Positions 11,662 through 29,583 of a DNA stretch of 64,000 nucleotides are shown here, piece after piece (within the stretch, counting starts at the first letter, position 1; every line of letters starts with the position of its first letter). The notes beneath the pieces were generated by a model. That model saw nothing but the letters and a program-made list of their open reading frames with translations, had not been told where the DNA came from and ran no database searches. The stretch comes from the human T2T-CHM13v2.0 reference genome, Homo sapiens: assembly GCF_009914755.1 (NCBI RefSeq), contig NC_060925.1, one strand, 5' to 3'. The translations under genes and the position numbers were made by a program.

Positions 11662-13388
11662 TAATCTAAGATCTTTTAGAGTTTTTTGGGTTTATTTTTG
11701 TTTTTAAGAAGAAGATTTCTGCATCATACAAATATTCTCCTTTAAATATGGAATTTCATCATCGTGTTTTTGGGGAGAATGGATGTGTATACCTAAATAT
11801 TCTTTATTTTGAAATGTGATGAAAATGTAACTAGTACCAGACAGACTGAATTCTGTAAATCAGAATTTATTATTCTAGCAGCACATGGGAAATATTGAAA
11901 TTCATTTTGCTGTAAGTATAGCTGGTGAAGTGAGCAGTATTGTTGGTTTAGAGATGTTGATGTTTTGGAAAGTTGCCATTAAGGCCTTTTAATCTTACAT
12001 TTTGGACTTATGAGAAAAATCCCCGGGGCTATTCTAAAATCCTAACAGATGCCTTCTGCTAAAATGCGTACAAAATATATCTCTTTTTCTATATTAGACT
12101 TTCATATTTATTTAATACAGGAAACAAATATCTTTTGTATTAGAAAAAAACACAAATATAAGGGATCTGCAAGATCCTTTAGATCTACTTCTTCAATTTC
12201 CAGTTGAAAAGACTGAGACTCACTTTCTTGAGTCAGTACAGGACTTTATCAATGACAGGAAATTAATAACAGGCAGTTCTAGAAAGCAGAAACCTACTAT
12301 TCAAATTACTAATATGCCAAGGTTTCAAATAGTTTAGTTATTGTGCCTTAAATATTGTTACAATAGTATTATTTTCCCATTACAGGTATGTATACCAGAG
12401 AATAAACCACAGTCTACTTCTAAGGAAATTAATTATATAAAAGGAAGGATCCTATGGTTCTTTATGAAAACAGTATTTTTTTATAAAACTGATCAATTAA
12501 AGCTCATTATTAGCACTGAAGTAGAATTACTTTTTCTCCCTAGGAGAACTGAGTTGTAGGAATGCTTTGTAAATGTGTTTTTAAATTGTTGATTTTATTT
12601 AGAATTGGCATCTTTTGCTAAAGAATCACTATGAGTCTTCACCGAAAGGTTGAAATGAGTTGTTGCTATTGTTGAGCATTGTGGGGTAAGAGAAATCCTG
12701 CCTCACGCAAATTTATTTACATTGCTTCATCCCTCTCTGTATCTTCAGGAAGTTCAAGGACCTGCAATAAAACTGATGCTGAATGTATTTCTCCAAAGAG
12801 TTGGAACTTTACAATATTTGTCCTTTTCCTTTCTTCAGATTTCTTTTTCTTATCCTGCTTCCTATTATATGTCTTAAACTTTTGATATGAGGCCAGCATA
12901 TGTGCCATTGAAAATGGTCTTAGAGTTTCTCTTTTAGTGAAATTGAATATTCTCCCATACATATTAATAGTGATATGGTTTAGACAATAATTTAGCATGA
13001 TAAAGCTCTAGAAGCAGCCTTGGCTTTTCTAGTGAACATCATGGCAATCCTTTTAAACTTATTGGTTTAGTATGGTATAAAACTCACAGGTAAAAAAGAA
13101 AGCAAATAAATACAAATAGATAAATAAGGTATTTCCATAGCATTCAGTTGGTGTGACAATCATTATACACAAAAATTTGCTCTAGAGATTTCCCCCTGTG
13201 CAATCTGTTGGAAGTTGTTGGGCTTCCATGTGGTCTCTGAATGAAATTCACTTTTCATTACAAAAATCTTTTTATACTGAATCATATGCTCCATTACTTT
13301 CTAGGAAATGGGAAATCATTGCCCACTGTATTGCACAAAAACATACCAACTACCTACAAATGAAATTAAGATCGAGAGGCATTATTTT

Positions 13389-16884
<3,496 letters not shown>

Positions 16885-17422
16885 TTATCATGTATTCTGA
16901 GCTTAAAAATTGTTTTGATTTCTTCACTTAAAAAAGGTTTTCAGCTGTTCACATAATTTAGGAAACAGCAAAACAAAACAAACAAAAAAAAAACCTGCCT
17001 TCCCATGAGACTTTCATGGTAAGTCCACCTGGATGACCAAAAATACTTTTTATTTGTTAGCATTCTTGCTGCAGAAATAACATATTGTTATGCAGATATA
17101 TTCACTTCAAGGCAAAACACCAAATTATTTTCTAGTGTTTTTCCCTTTAGGAGCTTTCATGATTCTAAACCTTTCATGAGATAGATAAAGTAAGTCTTTC
17201 TGAAGATTGGATACTGTAAAATCCAAAACTATTCTAAGCCACCAGGTGAATATGATCAATCTGAGTTGTGTAAGCCTCAACTCAAGACAATAAAAGCTGT
17301 TTGTAGCCTTATTGATGCCAAGTATATGTCAATATAAAACAACAGCAACAACAAATCTCAAAACATTGTGATGAAATTAGACTTAAGATATTTAATTTGG
17401 ATTTTTAAAAAAAGATACACAT

Positions 17423-18166
17423 TTATTTTTTTAAATAATTAAATTGATAAAAATTATACATATTTATGGTACACAGCATGATGTTTTGATATATGTATCC
17501 ATTACCTCACATACTTATTTCTTTGTAGTGAGAATATTTAAAGTCTACTCTCTTAGCAATTTTCAAGTAAACAATACATTGTTATTAAAGAGTCATCAGG
17601 CTGTGCAATAGATCTCCTGAAGTTATACCTCCTGTTTAACTGAAATTTTGTAAGCCTTTCACCAGGGTCTTCCCAATCCCTGTCACCTGCCCACCCCAGT
17701 CCCTGGTAGCCATCATTATACTTTCTGCTTCTTTGAGTTTGATTTCTTTTTTTTAGATTCATCCACTTGGATTAAAAACTAAAACATAAGACCTGAGACT
17801 GTGAAACTACTAGAAGAAAACATAGGGGAAAAGCTTCTTGATAATGGGCAAAGATTTTCTGGATATGACCCAAAAAGCACAGGAAACAAATGCAAAATTA
17901 GACAAATGCGATTGCATCACACTAAAAAGCTTCTGCACAGCAAAGGAAACAATCAACAGAGTGAAGAGACAACCTATGGAATGGGAGAAAATATTTGCAA
18001 ACCACACATCTAATAAGGGATAATATCCAAAATACATAAGGAACTGAAACAACTCAATAGCAAGAAAACAATCCAATTTTTTAAATGGGCAAAGGACTTG
18101 AAAAGACATACGAATGGCCAACAGGTTCATGAAAAATGTTCAATGTCACTCACTAATCATCAGGGA
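17423..18166 (-). mobile_element. Old L1MA element with 5' inversion
   Basis: 17423-17760 is antisense 3' UTR; 17767-18166 is sense ORF2 (KLLEENIGE...[18 protein letters not shown]). Confidence 0.8.
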
Positions 18167-19162
18167 AAGGCACGTTCATTTCAGTATCTTTTATTAATGA
18201 CATTATGGTATCTATATATATCTGTTAGTATTGATTTTTAATTATAGCATCCAAAATATTCAGTTTCTGCTTACAAAGCTGTTTTAAGTTATTTTGATTC
18301 AACTGACTCATCAAATCAAACAAATGATTTGATATCATTTTCCAATGAAATTAAATTTCTTAATTTCTGTTTTTGACTGAATGCAGATAAAACTCTTGGT
18401 CATACAGAAAGTCTGTTCCCACACCATTGCCCTCATTCCATTATATGCATTTTCTACTCAATGTCTTCACTGTAGTATTGATGGTGGATGGAGAGATAAA
18501 GTCTGCATTAACTGAAACAAGTTATTTGAATATCCCTTGCTAATCAGTAAGGTAATTAATGCATTGTAACTAGGATGTAGAGCCTGTGAAACCCTGTTGT
18601 ATAATGCCATGGTACAGACATATCTAAAATAGACCAACAGATGTTTTGAGAAACTTCTTAAAATTTTCTTTGCTTCTTTGGAGTTTCTTTACCAAATTAT
18701 AAGTAAGAATACAAATGTAGTTGGTGATGATGAGATAATTCTTTGAGCAAAACAATAGAGCTGTAGATGAGGTTAAAAAGTTCATATTAATATTGTCAAG
18801 AATTTTTTCATATAGAAGTAATTTTATTTTTCAGATTTTTGAAAGCTGGAGAGATGAGGATGGGGGAATGAAGGAGCAGTAAGGTTTGCCCAATTGATGA
18901 CACATTTATGTATAATTTTTTCATGCTTTGGAAAACAATTTAAAAAAAATTGTTCCAAGAAGTTTTAAGCACATTATAGATATGAATTAACTGCATAGTA
19001 TTAGTTTAAAAATTATTAGAGCATTTGTTAATTTCATATATGACAGCATTAGATAATACTAAGTTCTAATCTTTTGATTTTTCTAGCTCATAGCCCTATT
19101 CTGGGTCTCCTTTTCAAGTTTTTTAATATATTCATAATTTAATACATTACCTTTTAAATATT

Positions 19163-19312
19163 ATTTTATTTTAGATTTAGGGGATACATGTATATGTTTG
19201 TTACATGGATATATTGAGTATTGGTAGTGATTGGACTTCTAATGTACCCATCACCCAAATAGTGAACATTGTGCTCAATAGGTTATTTTTCAACCCTCAC
19301 CCTTTTCCTCTC
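19163..19312 (-). mobile_element. L1PB/L1PA16-like 3' end fragment
   Basis: gggatacatg...gtttgttacatgg...gtacccatcacccaaatagtgaacattgt. Confidence 0.8.
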
Positions 19313-19929
19313 ATTAGTAATTTTTTTGCAGTAGGTATTTTTGTTAGGCTATCAGACGTTGAATTAGTGGAACTCTTCTTAAAATGACCCATAGGTGACT
19401 CAGTTCATTTCTGTGCAGTACTCTTAAAATAGAGATTTTTCTGACTTTCTAGTTGAGAAAGATCATGTAATTCATTGTCAAAACTTTTAAATCAAAATGC
19501 TAGCCTTAATATAAATTTCCAACACTGCAGTGGAGTCAGGGTACCATATAAACCTGATTACTGTGGCAAAAAGCTTGAAGCTTTCATAAATGCAGAACAA
19601 TGCTGGTAAAGAGGAACCTGATTTTAAAATTATTGCTTAAACCTAGGTTTTCAATAAAGAGCGGAAATTGATGAGCGTTTGAGGGAATAATAACCAATGG
19701 TTACAGTCAAAATGGTAACTTCTGTGACATTTCTAAGTATGCAAGTGTGAGATGGAAGTATTTGGAGGGACTGAGAGCTCTTCACTACCTCTAATTTAGG
19801 CAGCTTTCACTAGATTGGGAGAGTTCCAATATATATACCTAGTTGCAGGTGTCCATCCTTGAAGAAAGTGAAAAAGGTCAATGAATGAACAGATTCCACA
19901 AGTCTTGTCTGCTACTAAACCAACTGGTC

Positions 19930-20250
19930 AGTGTTGTTGTGGAAATAATGTGTGAAAAGCATAGAGCACAGGTCCTGGCACATAGTAAATACCAAATACA
20001 TGGTGGATATTACTAAAGGAGGTAGCAATGCTTATTAGCTAAAAGCATAGATTCTGAAATTTAACCATCTGTGTTTTTGTCTTGCTTCCACAATAACAGC
20101 TGGGTAAACTTGGGAATGTTATTTAACTTCTCTGAGGCTTGTGAGATAAAAATAGTACTACCTCATATGGTTGTCAAGGAAATAAACGAGAATATATATA
20201 ATGCGATTAAACCAACTCCTAGTATGTAGTAAGCACTCAATGTAAATATC
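19930..20250 (+). mobile_element. MIR fragments
   Basis: ttgggaatgttatttaacttctctgag...gtagtaagcactcaa. Confidence 0.55.
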
Positions 20251-20714
20251 AGTTATTTCTACTACAACTGCAACTATGATGAGGGTGATGACTATGACTG
20301 CTATCACCACTGCCTTCTGCAACTACTGCTGTCTGGCCTATCTTATTAGGAATTGGCTGGGAGCTTGTAGAAAAGCTTTGGAAAAGCAGAATTGGATAAG
20401 TCAGGACCTGACTAATCTGACCAATTTGGGCAGAGCTGAAGCTTACTTTGTAACGCCCTGGAAGCAAATATGGAAAAACAGATTATCATGAGGATTAAAC
20501 TATCTGATAAAACAAAACACTTTTAGCAAGATTATCAAATTATTTATAAGTAAATCATGAAATGGTGCTATTTTAATCACAGATTTAAGGCACACCAAAT
20601 TCTTACCCCACATGAAAAGACCTGAACCCCAAGATTTAAGAAAAAACTTATATACACTTTAAAATAATTTTCTAACAGTTATTTTGTGTGCTGCAAAAGA
20701 ACTGACATATTTTC

Positions 20715-21146
20715 TTATTGTGTAAAATATATATAACAAAATTTATTGCTTTAAACATTTTTAAAGAGTTTGGTGACATTAAGTACATTAACACTGTTGG
20801 GCACCCATCATGACCATCCATCTCCAGAATATTTTCATTTTTCCAAACTGAAACTCTTTACCCATTAAACAATAATTCCACATTTCCAGCTGCCTTAAGT
20901 TCCTGGCAACCACCATTCTACGTTTTGTCTCTACACACTTGGCTATTCTAGACACTGAATATAAGTAGACTCATAGAATATTGTCCTTTTGTGTTTGGCT
21001 TATTTCCCTTGGCATAGTATCTTCAAGCTTCATCTATGTTGTAGCATGCATTAGAATTTTATTGTTTTTTAAGGCCAAATAGTATATTTCATTGTATGTA
21101 TATGCCACATTTTGTTTAATCCATTCATCCGTTGGTAAACATTTGA
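20715..21146 (-). mobile_element. L1MB 3' fragment
   Basis: ccatccatctccagaa...aaactgaaactc...cctggcaaccaccattcta...gtagcatg. Confidence 0.8.
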
Positions 21147-23423
21147 GAAGAAAGGCACTGTCCTCAACTTGATTTCAGCTTTCTCACTGGCCATGGATCT
21201 ATCAGTGATACGTTCTATAAGATCCATCTATTTTGGCCTGATTTGTAGTTGATTAGGAGTCATACTTCTTTAGATTAGGTATTTTTGTCTTGTCTGGTTA
21301 TGGTTTCTTACCAAAAATAAACAATGCCAGGGTTCACTATAATCATTGTTTCTTAATAATGAAGCAACTAAATGGTACCAGGTTCTTTGGCAAGACTAAA
21401 TGTTTTATATTGGAAACCCACAATTTATGAATCTAAATGAATCTGGAGCTCTGACATTTTAGAACCTTTGCATTTTGTTCAAGGATGAAGATGAACAAAA
21501 TTACCAAAGAGCAATGTATATAAAAAGTTGATTAATTTATATACATTGAGTACTTGTTACAGGCAAAGAATCTCCCGAGGTGCTGGGAGGATTATAAAAA
21601 AACTGTAACTAACTGAGTCAGGCTTATGACCTTACATTAATTTTTGGAGAACAGGAAGACATCCCTGAAAAATAAAAGTACTAATAAAAAGGTAAATTTT
21701 TTTTCTAACTCTTCCAAATTTAATGTTCTTGTATTGCTTGCTTTTGTACTTTTCATTTAGATCATTTATTACAATTTATAATTTATATATTTGGAGAAAT
21801 TATTGATTGAATGTCTGCCTCACCCCAGACTATAATGAGGACAGAATTGAGGTCACGTCTCTACCAGTGTGACTAGGAACATTGGTAAATGACCATTGAA
21901 TTAATTAGTTAAGTAACCACATGAGCACAAATATAAAATTTAAGTCATGGGTCAGTAGCCGAAAGAAGATAAGGAAAGATTTACTGATTGTCTACAATGA
22001 GCCAGCTGCTTTACAAAGGTACAGATGACAATTACAGGCTAGGCAGTGAGAACATATCTAACTCTGCAGGACCCTCTGCCATTGATGCTGCCTGACTGTT
22101 ACACAGATTGAGTCTCTCTTTATCTCCCTTGTCACTTGTGTTTTCCTGTGTCACCTGTGTTTTCCTTCTGTGCCTCTATCATTATTGCCTCAACACCTTA
22201 TCATATTTAATAATTTTAAATTGTTTTTCAGTTTACCAATGGCTTCATGTCCATCCATCAGCAAATCATCATAGCAACTCTCCACTTTACAAAGGAGGAA
22301 ACAGACTCAGAGAAATGTGATGACTATCCCAAGATACCACAAAAGTAAATACAGAACAAAACTTAAAACTGGGTCTTCCACTTCCAAAGCTAGTGCTGCC
22401 CCAAGCGATGGGATTATATTGCACTTTGTAGTGACTGTGACAGCTTTTAAAGTGACCAAGTTTCTTTTTGGTTCCTTTTCTCTCTTGGTGTAGAGTTTTT
22501 GAGACACAATTGCATTTAGAATTCTCAAGTACTGAAAGGTGCTTTTCCCCATGGATTTGAATCAAGTGTGCGAATTGCATCCAAAAAGGTTAATCTGTTT
22601 ACCCAACTAGAACATTTTGCACTGCAGAAATAAAACTAGAAGTTGCATTGCTGGGCTGCTCCAGATGTCCTGTGCTTTGAGCTGCTTTATTTGCATTTGG
22701 TATTTCAAAGCTTGTGATCAATTTACAATTATAATTGTCACCAAAATTTTACTTTAACTAGCACTTTGGGAAGGAAAACATCAATTTACATTATTTTGCA
22801 GAGTTTGAAAATATCTAATGATTTATAAAACAAAAATGGGTTTCATCAAGACAAGTGAGTACAAAATTGCTGTTGCTGATCTATGTTGTAATCATTTCCT
22901 AATACAAGATCTTGTTATTTTCATACATGCATTTTGTATTCACTATGCTAGTCCATAATAAGATAATTTTAATCACTGAGTTATACAGCTGCTCTAAGAG
23001 AGTGAAGAGCATAAACATGAATAAGAAAATCAGACAGCTGATTATAAAAATGTATTATTGGATATCTGTCTTGGCGGCACATGTAACTAGATTAACAGTG
23101 AGCATGATTCCATATGTAAGGTGTTTCTTACTTTTCATATCTCCTTTAAGATATGCAAAGATATATTTACTTTATATACTATCAATAGAATTCTTGTCAG
23201 TGGAGTTAGAGGAATTCCTAGAAATAGCTCAGTTTCTTTAAACTATAATACTACCAGAAAGAAAAGACGTCATAAATTATGTATCAAATATATTGTTTTG
23301 AGAGTCAATAGATAATAGCAAACATTTATTAAGTGCTTGCCTTAAGCTAGGCTCTGTGCTAAGAACATTATGTGCATAAGGTCATTTAATCATTTGAGAG
23401 TAAGCACTTCTACTATTACGAAT

Positions 23424-23789
23424 TGCTATGGCCTGAATGTTCGTGTCTCCCTAAAATTCACATGTTGAAAACCTAATTACCAGTGTGATGGTATTAAGGG
23501 GTGAGGCCTTTGGGAAGTTATTAGATCATGAGGGCAGAGCTCTCATAAATGGGATTCATGTCCTTATAAAAGAGGCCCGAGAGAGTTGCCATGGCCCTTC
23601 CACGATGTGAGGACACAACAAGGAGGCGCTGTCTATGAACCAGAAAGCAGGCCCTCACCAGAAACCAAATTAGCCAGCACCTTGATCTCGGACTTCACAA
23701 CCTCCAGAACCCTGAGAAATGAATTTCTACTGTTTATGAGCTACTCAGATGATAGTATTTTGTCATAGTTACCTGAACAGACTAAGACA
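23424..23789 (+). mobile_element. MLT1A-type MaLR solo LTR
   Basis: TG...CA ends (tgctatgg...gactaagaca); 5-bp TSD CGAAT/TGAAT; interrupts a MIR. Confidence 0.9.
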
Positions 23790-24007
23790 TGAATTCTATC
23801 TCAAAGATGAGGAAACTAAAGTTGAAAGTGGTTAAGTTTCTGAAGGTTCTGCAGCCAGCAAGAGATATATAAAGTACCAAATAATAAAATAAATTTTCAA
23901 ATAAAAGTCAAATCCAAGAAAAGGCAGAAAATACTAATTCTTAGTTCAGAATTTTATTATTAGTCTGAAAAAATAACGTAACTTATATGCAAATTATACA
24001 AGCTTAG

Positions 24008-24397
<390 letters not shown>

Positions 24398-24764
24398 ATA
24401 TAAAAAATATGGAGTTGAATTTTATCCAGTGTCAGAACCTTCCAAAATTGGGGAGTTTACAATCCAATTTATTCTTGAGAAGTTCCAGGTATCAAAAAAT
24501 TCTTTTATCTTTTAAGTAATAATGTTTCTCTCCATAATTTCCCTTTGTTGAAATTGTGTGATCATGGAGCCTAAATGACCATTGGTAATATAATATTAAT
24601 ATTCAAAATGGATGATGCAATTCATACTGACCTGTCAGCAGCCCAATATTAATTTAAACTACTGACCTACATTAATTTACCTCAGAGCAATGGTTCTCTT
24701 TTCTTGCTTACTTTCGGGTCAGCTTCAAACACACCAATGCCCCGTTTTCACGACAGATAAATTG

Positions 24765-24852
24765 GTCTGCATATCTGGAGTTGATCTGAACATAAGCATT
24801 TTTTAACAACTCCCCAGATAGTTCTAATGTGCAGCCAATATTGAGACTCACT
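24765..24852. mobile_element. MER5A fragment
   Basis: gcattttttaacaactccccag...ttctaatgtgcagcca. Confidence 0.6.
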
Positions 24853-25991
24853 ATGATAGAGAAATGCACACTAAATACAGAGGGTTGTTGCCAAGCAAGG
24901 AACTACCTGGCTGCCCAGCCAAGACAATCCAGAATAGCATTATTTTTATGAATTCATCAAGCATTTGGGTCCAGAATTTGATCTTAACCTTGCATAAAAG
25001 TTAATCAGACCCTAGGAAATTGATAATATGTTAATCAAACATGAAATTGTCTCATATAGAATATAGAATGCCAGACTATGGGGGCGTCCCAGTAGGCACA
25101 TTCGCTGTCTGAAAACTTGTTCCTCTTTTTCAATTAGTTGTGTGGACAAATTTCTCAGATCATTGCACTGAAGAGCTAGAATCTGAGTGGAAATAGTTGA
25201 TAGTGTTGGTATATTTTGCTGAAGATGTGAAGAATCTTGATAAAATGTCCTTGTTTTGATGATAATGCTCTTTTGTTTAAATTCTGATGTCCTATAGATT
25301 CAAGGTCCTCTGGATATTCTAAATTAATATTGCCAAGTTAACTTATTTGACTCCTGTTTTTCTATGACTTTGTACGTAATCCTCCTTCTTTCTTTATATA
25401 TAATACTTTATCTTACAGTTTTAGCATTGGCAACATTCTATTTCTTTTATATTTCTTGATTGTATTAGTGAAATTCTAGCACTCCTTAAGCATGGTTTAC
25501 AGAATGCTTATCCAATGTGTGGAAGACAGAAACCTTAGAGGGTTAGAACAAACATTAGAAGAGCAGTTCGTTCTTAACCTACTTTTCTGCTGAGATGCTC
25601 ATTAAAGTTGATGTTCACTTGCATGGGCATGCCCGGATTTTGAAAACCTTGTCAAATTATCTCTATTTCTGGGTTTTTTTTTATCTGGGTCTCTCTCATG
25701 TTTTAGGCTTTCCTCAAATGTCTGATGATTCTTGATTGTCTGTTTATATTTAGGAAAGGGTCCATTAAAAAGCTGGTTTGGACCTCTGTGTTCAAGGGTA
25801 GTCCTAGCTTTAGCATAATGAGACAGAGAAAGCAGACAGGGCATTCAACTAGGTACTTTGTGCTGGGCTCCCTTCCTCCCCCCAACTCCCACCACACACA
25901 TCCTGGAAGGCAGCAATGCTTCTGTTTCATCATACAGCCTAGTCACATCCTTTAGAATTCTTCCAATTTTTTTGCCTCAAGATTGGACTGA

Positions 25992-26324
<333 letters not shown>

Positions 26325-27329
26325 ATATATAAAGACTTCTAGACAAGGGTTCATTCTGGTTCCCTTTTCAGCTACAGCCCCAGGATGTCACCTGGCTGAG
26401 TCCATCTCTGCCCGCCCTCATTATTTGCCACCCCTCCAATCCAGCTTTGGTCTTCCAAAGTGCCGGTGACTGCCCCATACCCTCTCTTGATCATTGTGTA
26501 TTGATTGCTTTCTCAAAAATTCCATTTTTTATTTTTTAAATATCTAATGAGGAGAAGGAGACAATTACCTGTGGATAAAAGAAAAACAGACATTCAGGAA
26601 AATTATTGAATGTGGACTGCAGCATAGGTAAGTAGGTTGTAGATTATTCACAATTCCATTGGCTCAAGCTATATTCCATCACTTTGTTTTCTCAAGAAAA
26701 GTCTTACTAGTTGCCAGAAAAAAAAAATTGATGATCTTATAGAGATTTTCTTAAATCGAATTCATGGGCCAAGATACTTGAGTGTTACCGAGAAATTACT
26801 TCCCACCCTCTTCACAACTGTTTATAAGTGAACACTCTGTTGTGTCACTGATTTAAAAGTGTCATTAAAAGAATTGGGAGTCCAGAAGACCTTCACAAGC
26901 CATAATTATAGAAATTATCTGGGAAGGTAACTTTTAATACTGGTGGATATAATATTATGCTTGAGTGCAGTTGGAAGAGATGTGGTAGAAACAGACACAG
27001 ATTTTACCTAGGTTTTTTTTTTCTAAGTTTCCAGGGCCACAGTTATTTCTAAAGTATTTTTGTATGTTCCTCATAATACCCAGCATATAGCTTTATCCAT
27101 AGTGAGTACTCAATTTTTCATTGATAAAGTGAGGTAGTTTCTGGGATCCTGGCAGCCCACGGACTTATAAAATATTAGAGCTGAGTGGAATTTATCAGCC
27201 CATCTGAGTTTTCTTTGGTTCTGGTACATTTTTCTTTTCTATATGTCATTATTACTTAAAAAGAGGATGCATATGAAAATGGATATGTACAGATAAGATG
27301 TGATTGCTTCTTTTTCTTAAAAAACCAAA

Positions 27330-28180
27330 CCCTAAGGAATCGCCACACTGACTTCCACAATGGTTGAACTAGTTTACAGTCCCACCAACAGTGTAAAAGT
27401 GTTCCTATTTCTCCACATCCTCTCTAGCACCTGTGGTTTCCTGACTTTTTAATGATCACCATTCTAATTGGTGTGAGATGGTATCTCATTGTGATTTTGA
27501 TTTGCATTTCTCTGATGGCCAGTGATGATGAGCATTTTTTCATGTGTCTTTTGGCTGCATAAATGTCTTATTTTGAGAAGTGTCTGTTCATATCCTTCAC
27601 CCACTTGTTGATGGGGTTGTTTGTTTTTTTCTTGTAATCTAGAACTAGAAATACCATTTGACCCAGCCATCCCATTACTGGGTATATGCCCAAAGGATTA
27701 TAAATCATGCTGTTATAAAGACACACGCACACATATGTTTATTGCAGCACTATTCACAATAGCAAAGACTTGGAACCAACCCAAATGTCCAACAATGATA
27801 GACTGAATTAAGAAAATGTGGCACATATACACCATGGAATACTATGCAGCCATAAAAAAGGATGAGTTCATGTCCTTTGTAGGGACATGGATAAAGCTGG
27901 AAACCATCATTCTCAGCAAACTATTGCAAGGACAAAAAACCAAACACCGCATGTTCTCACTCATAGGTGGGAATTGAACAATGAGAACACTTGGACACAG
28001 GAAGGGGAACATCACACAGCCTGTTGTGGGGTGGGGGGAAGGGGGAGGGATAGCATTAGGAGATATACCTAATGTAAATGATGAGTTAATGGGTGCAGCA
28101 CACCAACATGGTACATGTATACATATGTAACAAACCTGCATGTTGTGCACATGTACCCTAAAACTTAAAATATAATTAAA
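27330..28180 (+). mobile_element. L1PA with 5' inversion (twin priming)
   Basis: Antisense 27330-27636, sense 27637-28180; TSD AAAAAACCAAACCCTA at 27319-27334 and 28181-28196. Confidence 0.97.
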
Positions 28181-29142
28181 AAAAAACCAAACCCTATTAT
28201 TTCATTGACAGATTGTCTTAGAGTTGATAGCATTCAATAATTGAGTAAGTACAGTCCTTCCTTGTTCCTAACGTGCCCTATTTTTTCTTTCTTCTCTACT
28301 TTTGCATATGCATTTTCCCTCTTTCTTGTTTCTTGGTGAATTCCTAAACCTTTTTTTTCAAAATCACCTCAAATGTTACCGCTTTGAAGAAGCCTTCCTG
28401 GATTCTCACAGGAACAGCTAATGTCATCTCTTTTAACATATCCCCTTCTTCATCTCTATGTATACTGTTCTTCAATTTCATTTTATAAGTAGCAAAATTC
28501 ATCCAGAGAGATGAAGGAGCATTTACAAGGTTAAACATCAGAAGAGCCTTAGAGATCCAGAGGAATCTATTTCAGATCCATGTAATCTCCATGTGGCCAG
28601 CTGGGCCATGTGGCCTAGTCTCGATTTTGGTTGAATTTCAAAGGTGTTTTATGAAGAAATAGGGGAGTAAAGAGGTCAGAAGTTCATTTTGAGAGATGCT
28701 TTCGGAAGACCTCTTTACCACGTAATTTGTGTATTCGGTGGTGTGTTTTCCACTGTGATTTTGGCCAGGGTGCAGCTGTACTGAGACATTCGTTACATTG
28801 AGTCTTGTAGAATCAGGTAGGGCCTGACCTTTTAAGACCATTATTATGGAGTAGAACACAGAGAAGCTGCCTCTGCAGCTGGCAACATGTATGGGTAATG
28901 GAGCGTATCTTCAGACTGTAGAGAGAAAAGAAGTGCGTGTATTCACTTCCCAGGAGAAATAATATTGTCTCTAGCATTCTCTATAAACCAAAATACAAAA
29001 GCAGTCCTGTGTTATAGGACTCTGCCCATAACTGATGTTATTGCCACAATTCCCAGTTCTGTTTTCTGGGCACAAGCTTCTGCTGGGATTTCCAATTAGC
29101 AGAGGGAGCTCTGCAAGAGTTTTGGATTGTGGACATTGTCAC

Positions 29143-29583
29143 TGTTCTGGGTTAAATTGTGTTTCCCCCAAAAGATGTTGAAGTCCTAACTCCCAGTGAA
29201 TGTTACCTTATTCAGAAATAAGGGTCTTTGCAGATAATCAAGTTAAGATGAAGTAATTAGAGTGGGCCCTAATCTAATATGACTGGTATCTTTTAAAAAA
29301 GAGAGAATTTGGACCTTGGGACAGATATACTCAGAGGGAAGACAACATGAAGACACAATGAGAATGCCATCTACAAGCCATGGAATCTCTGAGGTGAGGC
29401 TACCAGAAGCTTAGAGAGAGGCATGGAACAAAGATTTTCCCATATATCCCTCAGAGGGGATGAATCCTGCTGACACCTTGATTTCAGACTTCTAACCTCC
29501 ACAACTGTGAGACAATATATTTATGTTGTTTAAGCTACTCAGTTTGTGGTACTTTTTTACAACAGCCTTCGGAAACGAATACA
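29143..29583 (+). mobile_element. MLT1B/C MaLR solo LTR
   Basis: TG...CA ends; perfect 5-bp TSD GTCAC. Confidence 0.9.

Noticed and set aside
26540-26633. Strong donor TAG/GTAAGT at 26628
   Set aside because: No convincing upstream acceptor or phase partner, so not placed in the exon chain
28589-28616. ccatgtggcc direct repeat around a cagctg palindrome
   Set aside because: Too short to distinguish from chance
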